From Candidatus Aenigmatarchaeota archaeon (GTDB lineage: Archaea > Aenigmatarchaeota > Aenigmatarchaeia > CG10238-14 > SCSR01): DNA of 25,893 bases. The stretch spans positions 1-25,893 of the forward strand of contig JAWCSL010000010.1 of the NCBI GenBank assembly GCA_039090665.1. Reading direction: 5' to 3'. The position numbers and the translations under genes were made by a program. Positions 17,451 to 25,497 of this stretch are shown here, one piece after another (the first letter of the stretch is position 1; each line of letters starts with the position of its first letter). A model generated the notes under the pieces. That model ran no database searches. It worked only from the letters and a program-made list of their open reading frames with translations, and was not told the origin of the DNA.

Positions 17451-18470
17451 ATGGGAGTTAATCTAGAAGGTCTTGTGTCAGGTAGAGAAATTGAGCTAAA
17501 AGAACTAGCAGGAAAAAAGATAGCCATAGATGCATTCAACACCCTTTATTCATTCTTGAGCATAATAAGAGATCGCTTGACAGGAGAGCCTTTGAGAGAT
17601 TCAAAAGGTAGAATAACTTCTCATCTTTCTGGTCTTTTCTATAGAACTTCAAACTTGATTGAAGTAGGAATAAAACCGATCTTTGTTTTTGATGGAGAAC
17701 CGCCAAAATTCAAGAAAAGAACTATAGAAGAAAGGAAAATTGCAAAAGAGAAAGCGAAGGAAAAATGGGAAGAGGCTCTAAGAAAGGGAGAAAGAGCTAT
17801 AACTTACGCCCAAGCAGCCGCTGAGCTTACGAGTGAAATGGTTGAAGATGCAAAAGAGTTGCTAGAAGCCATGGGAATTCCTTGGATTCAAGCTCCGAGT
17901 GAAGGAGAGGCAATGTGTGCATATTTGTGTAAAAAAAATTTGGTTTTTGCTGCAGGTTCGCAAGATATGGATTCTTTGCTTTTTGGTTCTCCTAGACTTA
18001 TAAGGAATCTTTCAATAACAGGAAAGAGAAAATTACCAAAAAAAGAAGCTTATGTAGAAGTGAAACCAGAGATAATAGAGCTGGAGGAAGTTCTCTCAAA
18101 TTTGGGAATAACAAAAGAGCAGCTTGTAATCATAGGCTTGCTTGTTGGTACAGATTACAATCCAGGAATAGAAAAAGTTGGTCCGAAGACAGCTCTAAAG
18201 CTTGTAAAAGAATGCAAAACTTTGAATAAAATTTTGGAAAAAGTAGAATGGCAAGGTGAGGTAGATCCTGAAGAAATTTACAATTTTTTCTTAGAACCAC
18301 CTGTGACTGAAGATTTCAAAATAGAGTTTAGAAAGCCAGATGAAGAAAAAATAATCAAATTTATGGTGGAAGAGCATGATTTTTCTCGAGAGAGAGTGGA
18401 AAAAGTGATTCAAATTTTACAAAAAAGTTTTTCTGCAGGAACACAATCAAGCTTAAAATGGTTTAAATAA
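17451..18470 (+). CDS. fen: Flap endonuclease 1
   Basis: MGV start, IDAFN, GRITSHLSGLFYR, FVFDG, APSEGEA, SQDMDSLLFG, GTDYN, GPKTA, C-terminal PIP-like QSSLKWF. Confidence 0.97.
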   Translation: MGVNLEGLVSGREIELKELAGKKIAIDAFNTLYSFLSIIRDRLTGEPLRDSKGRITSHLSGLFYRTSNLIEVGIKPIFVFDGEPPKFKKRTIEERKIAKEKAKEKWEEALRKGERAITYAQAAAELTSEMVEDAKELLEAMGIPWIQAPSEGEAMCAYLCKKNLVFAAGSQDMDSLLFGSPRLIRNLSITGKRKLPKKEAYVEVKPEIIELEEVLSNLGITKEQLVIIGLLVGTDYNPGIEKVGPKTALKLVKECKTLNKILEKVEWQGEVDPEEIYNFFLEPPVTEDFKIEFRKPDEEKIIKFMVEEHDFSRERVEKVIQILQKSFSAGTQSSLKWFK

Positions 18471-18482
18471 CTATTGATTTTT

Positions 18483-19946
18483 ATGGAAATAGAAAAGATA
18501 ATACAAATCGCAAAAAGAAGAGGATTCATATTTCCAAGTTGTGAAATTTACGGCGGTCTTTCTGGTTTTTTCGACTATGGTCATATAGGTTTACTACTAA
18601 AGAGAAAAATAGAAAATTCATGGAGAGAGTTTTTTATCAAAAGCGAGGAAAACATTTTTGAAATAGAGACTTCTTTGGTAATGCATGAAAAAGTTTGGGA
18701 AGCTTCTGGTCATTTGAAAAGTTTTATTGATCCAATAACACAATGTAAGAAATGTAGTTCTTTTTATAGGGCTGACAATTTAATAGAAGAAATTTTGGGA
18801 AAGTTTGTTGAAGGTATGAAGCCAGAAGAAATGACAAGAATAATTAAAGAGAATAAGGTGAAGTGTCCAAGATGTAAAGGTGAACTTTCTGAAGTTAAGA
18901 TCTTCAATTTAATGCTCTCCACTAATGTAGGTCCTGCTGCTGGAAATACAGCTTACTTAAGACCAGAAACAGCTCAAGGCATTTTTGTCAATTTCAAAAA
19001 TTTGTTTTTATCGACTAGAGCAAAATTACCTTTTGGAGTTGCACAAGTTGGAAGATCCTACAGAAATGAAATTTCACCCAGACAATGGTTAATGCGACTA
19101 AGAGAATTCAACCAAATGGAAATTGAATATTTTTTCAATCCTAAAAAGGCAGAAGCACCTAATCCAGAAATTTTGAAGACAAAAATAAGAATATTGACAA
19201 GAGAAGCTCAAAAAGAGAAGAATCCAAAAGAAATAGAACTGACAGCAGAAGAAGCTGTGAAAGACAAAATTTTACCAAATGAAATAATTGCTTACTTTAT
19301 GGCTAAGGAGTTTCTTTGGTATCAGAATCTGGGAATTCCAAAAGAAGCTTTGAGATTTAGGCACATGCTTCCCGAAGAGACACCACATTACAGTAAAGGA
19401 AACTTTGATTTAGAAATAAAGTTTGATTTTGGTTGGAAAGAAGTTGTAGGAAATGCTTACCGCACTGACCATGATTTGAAATCTCATATGCAACATTCAA
19501 AAGAAAAATTTGAAATTGTAGACAATGGGGAGAAAATAATTCCTCATGTAGTAGAGCCATCTTTTGGGATGGAAAGAACAATATATGCAGTTCTTCTTTA
19601 CTCTTTCAGGGAAGGGAAAGAAAGAGGCTGGAGCTGGTTTGCTTTTCCACCAAAAATTTCTCCTTATGTTGCTGGAATTTTTCCACTTGTGAGTAAAGAT
19701 GGTCTTCCTGAAAAAGCGATTGAAATCTATCAAAAACTGAAAAAAAGTTTGGATGTTTTTTACGATGAATCTGGTAGCATAGGGAAAAGATATGCTAGGG
19801 CAGATGAAATTGGTGTACCTTTCTGCATTACTGTGGATTATCAAACTTTAAAGGACAATACAGTTACAATAAGAAAAATAGAAGATTGTTCACAAGTTAG
19901 GGTTAAAATTTCAGAACTTGAGCAGAAAATTTCAGAAAAAATTTAA
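18483..19946 (+). CDS. glyS: Glycine-tRNA ligase (alpha2 type), start revised to ATG 18483
   Basis: KRRGFIFPS.EIYGG, VWEASGH, YLRPETAQGIF, RNEISPRQ..MRLREFNQMEIEYF, PHVVEPSFG, SIGKRYARADEIG. Confidence 0.97.
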   Translation: MEIEKIIQIAKRRGFIFPSCEIYGGLSGFFDYGHIGLLLKRKIENSWREFFIKSEENIFEIETSLVMHEKVWEASGHLKSFIDPITQCKKCSSFYRADNLIEEILGKFVEGMKPEEMTRIIKENKVKCPRCKGELSEVKIFNLMLSTNVGPAAGNTAYLRPETAQGIFVNFKNLFLSTRAKLPFGVAQVGRSYRNEISPRQWLMRLREFNQMEIEYFFNPKKAEAPNPEILKTKIRILTREAQKEKNPKEIELTAEEAVKDKILPNEIIAYFMAKEFLWYQNLGIPKEALRFRHMLPEETPHYSKGNFDLEIKFDFGWKEVVGNAYRTDHDLKSHMQHSKEKFEIVDNGEKIIPHVVEPSFGMERTIYAVLLYSFREGKERGWSWFAFPPKISPYVAGIFPLVSKDGLPEKAIEIYQKLKKSLDVFYDESGSIGKRYARADEIGVPFCITVDYQTLKDNTVTIRKIEDCSQVRVKISELEQKISEKI

Positions 19947-20293
19947 GCAGCTGTACCGCGATAAACTCTCGCAAATTTTGGTGTAATAACAAGAAAATCT
20001 TCTCCCACCCCTACTAAGTCCCCGTCTAAAGCGGTACAAGTTTTCTTCAGTTTTTCTACCGCTTTCTTTAATTCGTTTATATCTTTTGTTCTCAATTCTT
20101 TAATTCTCAGAAAAATTATGTTGCCTTCTCTCAAAAGCTGTAATATTCTATCAACATCAGAATAGCTTTTTAGAGAATCAATTTTTACATTAATCTTGTT
20201 TTCTTCTTCAGAAGTTGTTTCAACTTCTATAAACTCTTCTTCCTCTTTCTTAGCAAGCTTTTTCTTTAATTCTTTTAATTTCTTTGAAATCAT
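19943..20293 (-). CDS. sepF: Cell division protein SepF (archaeal)
   Basis: DVDRILQLLREGNIIFL, ELKKAVEKLK, GDLVGVGEDFLVITP. Confidence 0.88.
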   Translation of the reverse strand: MISKKLKELKKKLAKKEEEEFIEVETTSEEENKINVKIDSLKSYSDVDRILQLLREGNIIFLRIKELRTKDINELKKAVEKLKKTCTALDGDLVGVGEDFLVITPKFARVYRGTAA

Positions 20294-20337
20294 TCTTCCC
20301 TCCTTTAATTTTTTTGTATTTCAAATTTAAATAGCTA

Positions 20338-20604
20338 TTAGCTCACCTCTCTTCTTTTCTCCTCCAACAAAGTAACAATACTCCATATTTTTGTTCTAGC
20401 ATACATGGGCATGTTAGGATCATTTATAATTTCATCTAACGCTTGAATAGCACTACTGAGCCTTAAGTCAATAGGTTGACTTTCATCATTTAGCAAATTC
20501 TTAGTATCTTCTGCAACTTTTCTTATATTTTTGGGCACGGTTCTATCATTTATCACTAAGTCTAAAAGTGAAAAAATTTGTTGCATTTTTTCCACTTCAA
20601 TCAC
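20338..20604 (-). CDS. UPF0147 family protein (GTG start; 20595 fits the SD better)
   Basis: INDRTVPKNIRK, LDEIINDPNMPMYARTKIW. Confidence 0.9.
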   Translation of the reverse strand: MIEVEKMQQIFSLLDLVINDRTVPKNIRKVAEDTKNLLNDESQPIDLRLSSAIQALDEIINDPNMPMYARTKIWSIVTLLEEKRREVS

Positions 20605-20915
20605 CCTTTCATTGAACTTTGCAAATATTTGAGTTTATTCATTATTCTTTCTTCTGTCTTTTCTAAACTTTTAATTCTTATTTCAGCTTCTTCTTTTTTT
20701 TCTTGAAGCTCTTTTTTTATTTCATCTACACTCTTTTTTATCATAATATTTCCGACAATCTTAAAAGCTTGTTTTTCTTCTGTTTTGTTCAATTCTTCAA
20801 GAGCACCTTCTATTTCAGCTACTTGTATTTTTAAACTTTCCTTTTGTATTAACAAGGTTTGTAACTGTTGTTGATAAAATTGAAATTCCTCTTCTGGAGA
20901 AATCTCTTTTACCAT
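20601..20915 (-). CDS. pfdB: Prefoldin beta subunit, start revised to ATG 20915
   Basis: QQQLQ coiled coil, ALEEL, FKIVGNIMIK, IKSLEKTE; GGTGA 4 nt before ATG 20915. Confidence 0.92.
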   Translation of the reverse strand: MVKEISPEEEFQFYQQQLQTLLIQKESLKIQVAEIEGALEELNKTEEKQAFKIVGNIMIKKSVDEIKKELQEKKEEAEIRIKSLEKTEERIMNKLKYLQSSMKG

Positions 20916-20980
20916 TCCCTCACCTTTAACTAAATAAATTAATTCCATTAAACTTAAACCTTATTGCCAAAGAGAAAAAT

Positions 20981-21109
20981 TTACCTGGCTCTTACTCTCT
21001 TGATGACTTCTGGTCTCATTTTCACGAATATCCTATACCCACAATAAGGACATCTTATCTTATCTCCTAACTTCGGGACAGTTTTCTTACAATTAATACA
21101 TTTATACAT
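20981..21109 (-). CDS. rpoP: DNA-directed RNA polymerase subunit P (Rpo12; 42 aa, absent from the ORF track)
   Basis: Manual translation MYKCINCKKTVPKLGDKIRCPYCGYRIFVKMRPEVIKRVRAR*; TAATG coupling to rpl37ae. Confidence 0.93.
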   Translation of the reverse strand: MYKCINCKKTVPKLGDKIRCPYCGYRIFVKMRPEVIKRVRAR

Positions 21110-21336
21110 TATTTCACCTCTTTTTTGATCATTTCAGCCTTTGGAACATAAGCTGCACCAGCAAACTTAGTTCCACATTTCTTACATTCCCAAATCCCAG
21201 GACCAATTCTTTTGACATATCGCATGCTACAGCTAGGACAAATATGTCTTTGTTTTTGAACTTTTTCTATTTCAGCTACTCTTTTTTTCACACCTTTTCC
21301 ATACCTACTTCCGAACCTTCCTGTAGTTTCACCCAT
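21109..21336 (-). CDS. rpl37ae: 50S ribosomal protein L37ae (eL43)
   Basis: TGRFGSRYG, CPSC, VKRIGPGIWECKKCG.KFAGAAY. Confidence 0.96.
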   Translation of the reverse strand: MGETTGRFGSRYGKGVKKRVAEIEKVQKQRHICPSCSMRYVKRIGPGIWECKKCGTKFAGAAYVPKAEMIKKEVK

Positions 21337-21341
21337 AAAAC

Positions 21342-21584
21342 TCACTTCACTATCCTAAACTTTTTCCTTTCAGACAATCTTTCCAATATCACCTTTATTT
21401 GCTCTTCAGATATTTCTTTATTTATTTTTCCTGTTTGATAAAGTTGAATTAAGTAAAGCTCAATTTCATTGGCAAGCTCAGGCTTAACTAACCTAACTCT
21501 AGCAAGTCTCTCGATAGCTTCTTTAGACAAAATTTTTTTCAAAACAATTTTTTTCATTTCTTCCGTATCAATCTCTTCATTCAT
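21342..21584 (-). CDS. PDCD5/TFAR19-family DNA-binding protein
   Basis: [36 protein letters not shown]; follows rps19e. Confidence 0.92.
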   Translation of the reverse strand: MNEEIDTEEMKKIVLKKILSKEAIERLARVRLVKPELANEIELYLIQLYQTGKINKEISEEQIKVILERLSERKKFRIVK

Positions 21585-21994
21585 TTTTTAACCTCAAAAG
21601 CTATTTGATCCAGCATCTTTTGGCCTTTTGGTGTTATTTTTCTTCCTTTGGCTGTTTTTTCCACAAACCCTGCTTTTTCTAGTTGTTGTAAAATTTTTCG
21701 GATTATAGAGCCAGAAGCTTTCCTAAAATGTCGAGGAAAATAGCCTCTTTTTCTACCACCACCATAATAGCTTCTCAGTCTTTCAACTCCAACAGGGCCA
21801 TCAATATAAATCCTTCTAAGAATTGAAGCAGCTCTAATGTACCAAAAGTCAAGTTGTTCAGGAGGCCTTTGTTTATGAACACCAGATTTTGCAAATTTTG
21901 CCCATTCTAGAGGCTTAATTTCTTCAATTTTCTTCAACTCTTCTTTTAATCTTTCTATCAGTTTTTGTGGATCTACTTCTCTTGCCGTAACCAT
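21581..21994 (-). CDS. rps19e: 30S ribosomal protein S19e
   Basis: [54 protein letters not shown]. Confidence 0.97.
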   Translation of the reverse strand: MVTAREVDPQKLIERLKEELKKIEEIKPLEWAKFAKSGVHKQRPPEQLDFWYIRAASILRRIYIDGPVGVERLRSYYGGGRKRGYFPRHFRKASGSIIRKILQQLEKAGFVEKTAKGRKITPKGQKMLDQIAFEVKK

Positions 21995-22046
21995 ACTAAA
22001 TACCTTTACTCCATAAAAATTTATCTTTATAGTTTTAATAAGTTTG

Positions 22047-22286
22047 CTACGAAGAGAGTAAGATATAAGAAGTGGTTAAGATCACAAACAAAAACCCACC
22101 TATTAATAAAAGTACAACAAGCATCGATAATGTAAACCCAGAAAATTGTTCGCATACAAAAGATTTTTGCTCTTCACTTTTACATTTTTCAGCAAGCTTA
22201 TTTAAGTTGTCAAATATATAGAAAAGCATGAAAGTTGCTATAAAAACAACAACAAGACCCAAAACTACTTTATTAAGTATGCCCAT
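22047..22286 (-). CDS. Small two-TM membrane protein
   Basis: Two hydrophobic helices separated by a loop with two Cys; TAATG coupling to rnp4. Confidence 0.7.
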   Translation of the reverse strand: MGILNKVVLGLVVVFIATFMLFYIFDNLNKLAEKCKSEEQKSFVCEQFSGFTLSMLVVLLLIGGFLFVILTTSYILLSS

Positions 22287-22594
22287 TATTTCACTACTCT
22301 CCTATAGATTTTATTACAATTCCAGCATTTTATAATTATCATTTTGTTTTGTATTCTTATGCTACAAGTCAAGCCAGGCTTGAGCAAAGTATTGCAATTT
22401 TTGCAAAACTTTCTTTTCATTTCTCTTGGAAGCCTTATGTTGTATCTTAAGCCAATTTTTCTTGCAAGTTCTATATAGCGCCTACTTCTTTCTGGATGTT
22501 CTCTTAACTCCTTTTCTGCTAAGTTGAAAAGAATCTGAATTCTTTCTCTTGCTATCTTGAGCTGCCATTCAGGCTTTTTTGCTCTTGGCCTCAT
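22286..22594 (-). CDS. rnp4: Ribonuclease P protein component 4 (Rpp21)
   Basis: IARERIQILF, RYIELARKI, KRKFCKNC, PG, CWNC..YR. Confidence 0.95.
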   Translation of the reverse strand: MRPRAKKPEWQLKIARERIQILFNLAEKELREHPERSRRYIELARKIGLRYNIRLPREMKRKFCKNCNTLLKPGLTCSIRIQNKMIIIKCWNCNKIYRRVVK

Positions 22595-22624
22595 AATTCT
22601 TCTTGAGAATTTAATATAAAAATA

Positions 22625-22699
22625 TGGGGTTGCTGGGATTTGAACCCAGGTTTTGCGGGCCCAAGCCGCAAGGCCTAGACCAAGCTAGCCGACAACCCC
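22625..22699 (-). tRNA. tRNA-Pro(TGG), intronless, CCA not encoded
   Basis: Acceptor GGGGTTG/CAACCCC, anticodon arm TGCGG-CTTGGGC-CCGCA, T arm CTGGG-TTCAAAT-CCCAG. Confidence 0.95.
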
Positions 22700-22701
22700 G
22701 T

Positions 22702-23508
22702 TTAAAATTCTATTCGATTTGAATTTTTATTCGACTCGAGTCTATTAAACCATTTTGGATATCTTTTTAAATTATTTGGTCTTATTATCATTAAAAATTT
22801 TTCAGCATCATATTGTTTAATCTTCACATAGAATATTTTCTTTCTATTTTCTCTTTGATCTTTATAAACATAAATCAAAGGCCGAATATTTAAAACCTTT
22901 CTCAAGATTTTTGTTATTTGACGAGCCAATACGGGTGAAACAGTTATGAAGTCTATTTCTCTTTTATCCTTGTATGTATATCCATCACTATCGAATAACC
23001 CTCTTAAAAATCCTATTAAAAAATCATTCGATAAAAAATTTATTTTGACTAAACGTATGGTATATGATCTTTTCTGATTTTCATTCCAGGTAACATATTT
23101 TTTTATTAATTCACTTAGTTTTTTTGATGTCACTCTTACAAAAATTTTATTAACATTTTTGTATTTGTAGACGTATATGTAACGGTTTATAATCGAATTT
23201 AGCAAATTTATGAATCTTTTGACATATTCTTCTTCATCTTTAGAGAAATAGAAAAATGTATTGTATTTATAACTTTTCTTATCAAAAAAGAAATATCCAT
23301 CACCTGAAAATACACCAATCAATTCTCCAACATTTTCAAGATTAGAGTCTTCTATTTTTGTTTCTGGAAATCTTCTACCTCTGAGTTTTTTTATATAATA
23401 ATACACTGTGGATTTATTTAGATTCAAATCTTTACAAATTTTTGTGATAGTTTCATTTTCTTTTATTTTTTTGATGAGCAGTTGCTTTGTTGAGTTTTCA
23501 AGTCTCAT
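22702..23508 (-). CDS. Free-standing double-motif LAGLIDADG endonuclease-like protein with N-terminal HTH
   Basis: Motifs ELIGVFSGDG and FLRGLFDSDG; N-terminal ITKICKDLNLNKSTVYYYI; visibly more AT-rich than neighbouring genes. Confidence 0.88.
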   Translation of the reverse strand: MRLENSTKQLLIKKIKENETITKICKDLNLNKSTVYYYIKKLRGRRFPETKIEDSNLENVGELIGVFSGDGYFFFDKKSYKYNTFFYFSKDEEEYVKRFINLLNSIINRYIYVYKYKNVNKIFVRVTSKKLSELIKKYVTWNENQKRSYTIRLVKINFLSNDFLIGFLRGLFDSDGYTYKDKREIDFITVSPVLARQITKILRKVLNIRPLIYVYKDQRENRKKIFYVKIKQYDAEKFLMIIRPNNLKRYPKWFNRLESNKNSNRIEF

Positions 23509-23581
23509 ATTTTTTCAATTATTACCTTGTTTTATATTTCTATTTTTGTCAGTTGAATTATTCATTCATAATAAAGGTATG

Positions 23582-23656
23582 TGGGAAGGCGGGGATTTGA
23601 ACCCCGGTTGCTGCCACCCCAAGGCAGATGCCTAGACCAAGCTAGCAGACCTTCCC
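23582..23656 (-). tRNA. tRNA-Pro(GGG), intronless, CCA not encoded
   Basis: Acceptor GGGAAGG/CCTTCCC, anticodon arm CTGCC-TTGGGGT-GGCAG, T arm CGGGG-TTCAAAT-CCCCG. Confidence 0.95.
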
Positions 23657-23694
23657 TCAAAATATTATTTGATTTGAAATTATAATTCTTAAAT

Positions 23695-24981
23695 ATGGTT
23701 GAAGAAGATTTTTCGATAATTACAGAAACCGTTATAGGAAGAACAAGGGAAGATTACAAGAAATTTGGTTTAAAGGCTACAGGCTACATTGGTAAGCATA
23801 TTGTTGGAACTGGAGAAGAAACTCACTTGACAACAAAAGTTTTGATTGACTTGCTTAAGCCCCATGTTATTTTATGTTGCGGAAAACGCGGCTCGGGCAA
23901 AAGCTACTCGGCCGCAGTTATTCTAGAAGAATTTTGTCAACTTGAAGAAGAGTTCAAGCAAAAACTTGCTTTTGTTGTTGTTGATCCTATGGGAATATAC
24001 TGGAGTATGAAGTTTCCAAATGAACAGCAAGCAACTTTGCTGAAAGAATGGAACCTTGAACCAAAAGGCTTTAAAGATTTCGTTCGTGTTTTTGTTCCTG
24101 CAAAACAGAAAGAAGATTATGAAAGAGCTGGAATTCCTGTAGATGGGACAATTTTGATTTCTTTAAGAGAATTTTCAGCAGAAGATTTGATTTTGGCTTT
24201 TGGTTTGAAGAGAACAGAAGAAATTTCCATAGCTTTGGAAAAAAACTTCAACAAGCTTTTGGCTTCTGGTCAAGCTTTTGGTTTTGAAGAGCTGATAGAA
24301 GAAATAAGGAAAGATAGCGAGACAAGAGTTGAGATTAAAAATGCTTTGATAAGCTTGCTTGAAGTGGTTAAGCAATGGGGGTTAATAGCTAAGGAAGGAA
24401 TTAAGCTTGAAGATTTGGTTCAAGCCGGAAAAGTGACAGTAATTGATTTATCTAGGATGCCTTCTTTCGAACTAAGAAGCTTGTTAGTAGCTTTGCTTGC
24501 AAGGAAAATTTATTTCACTAGAGTTTTGGCAAGGAAAGAGGAAGAGAGAGTGAAAATAGAAGGTGGCAAACCCGAAATAACTTTTCCAATAACTTGGCTT
24601 GTTTTGGAAGAAAGCCACAATTTCATCCCTTCTGATCGCGATGTAGCTTCAAGCGATGCAATTAAAAGATTAGCAAAAGAGGGAAGAGAGCCTGGTATAG
24701 GCTTGCTAGTTATAACACAAATGCCAAATAAAGTCCACCAAGATATTTTAAGCCAGTGTGATTTGGTTATTTCTTTCAGGCTAACAAGTAAAGATGACTT
24801 GCAAGCTTTGCATGCTGTTTATCAAAGCTACATGGCTGAAGAAATTGAGAAATTCATCAACAAGCTACCGAGATGGGCAGGAGCTGCAATAATTCTTGAC
24901 GATATGCTTGAGAAAGTTTTTACTGTTAATATACGCCCAAGGCTTTCTTGGCATGCTGGTGGAACAGCAGCTCTGGTTTAA
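23695..24981 (+). CDS. HerA/FtsK-superfamily ATPase (DUF87-type)
   Basis: Walker A GKRGSGKS, VVDPMG, Walker B LVLEESHNF, arginine finger KEGR, ITQ.P, ILSQC. Confidence 0.88.
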   Translation: MVEEDFSIITETVIGRTREDYKKFGLKATGYIGKHIVGTGEETHLTTKVLIDLLKPHVILCCGKRGSGKSYSAAVILEEFCQLEEEFKQKLAFVVVDPMGIYWSMKFPNEQQATLLKEWNLEPKGFKDFVRVFVPAKQKEDYERAGIPVDGTILISLREFSAEDLILAFGLKRTEEISIALEKNFNKLLASGQAFGFEELIEEIRKDSETRVEIKNALISLLEVVKQWGLIAKEGIKLEDLVQAGKVTVIDLSRMPSFELRSLLVALLARKIYFTRVLARKEEERVKIEGGKPEITFPITWLVLEESHNFIPSDRDVASSDAIKRLAKEGREPGIGLLVITQMPNKVHQDILSQCDLVISFRLTSKDDLQALHAVYQSYMAEEIEKFINKLPRWAGAAIILDDMLEKVFTVNIRPRLSWHAGGTAALV

Positions 24982-25068
24982 TGTTTATACAATTTGTTTT
25001 TAGCTTTTCCTTTTTGAATCCCTCACTTATGAGACAAATTTATTAACCTTCCAAACTTTAAACTCTTC

Positions 25069-25305
25069 CTAAGTAGTAACGAGATTTTCTTTGTTATTTT
25101 TTATCAAACCATGCTTTGAAATCTTTAACTGCCGAGCTTTGTTCTTTATTATTTTTTCTGGATATTTTGTTTTCTTTATTTTTGCTAAAGTAAAAGTTTT
25201 GTTGCAATTTTTACAGAAGTAAAGTTGGATTTGTTTAAGTTTTTCCTTTCTTATACCCCTTTTAATTATATTTACTGAGTTACAATTTGGGCAGGTTATT
25301 TTCAT
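25069..25305 (-). pseudogene. IS1/InsA-like zinc-ribbon fragment (probable transposase or nuclease remnant)
   Basis: CPNCNS..IIKRG.R......QLYFCKNCNKTF; no catalytic domain follows. Confidence 0.6.
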
Positions 25306-25360
25306 AAATAAATGTTTAGTTTAATTTTAGGTTTTAAATATTGCTGGCAAAATTTAATGC

Positions 25361-25405
25361 TTAAGCGACGAAAATTGCCGGCAGTTTAAGCAACGCAGAT
25401 TGCCG
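25361..25405 (+). repeat. Imperfect 20-bp direct repeat (17/20 identical, 25-nt period)
   Basis: TTAAGCGACGAAAATTGCCG (25361-25380) and TTAAGCAACGCAGATTGCCG (25386-25405). Confidence 0.6.
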
Positions 25406-25497
25406 TTAAAATAGTAAAAAATGAGGAATTTGGCAGGATTTTTTGGGTTTTTGGGGTTTGGTTAAATAAATATAAAGCGGGTTAATAAACATTTTCT

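Noticed and set aside
22702..23508. LAGLIDADG ORF as an intein or as cargo of a tRNA intron
   Set aside because: No host extein or C/S...HN splice motifs, and both flanking tRNAs are complete and uninterrupted
22673..23646. 17-bp direct repeat GCCTAGACCAAGCTAGC (22673-22689 and 23630-23646) as attL/attR or a CRISPR repeat
   Set aside because: It is the shared D-arm of two complete tRNA-Pro isoacceptors; there is no integrase and only two copies
369..24375. Numerous antisense or overlapping track ORFs (e.g. 1096-1788, 3142-3558, 4705-5103, 10023-10601, 11973-12371, 15739-16059, 19497-19844, 23408-23635)
   Set aside because: They are shadows of well-identified genes or tRNAs on the other strand, with F/S/L-rich composition and no motifs
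145..24981. Additional in-frame BHB introns in other genes of the window
   Set aside because: By eye, no other protein shows a hairpin-encoded insertion or frameshift; a covariance-model scan would be needed to exclude them
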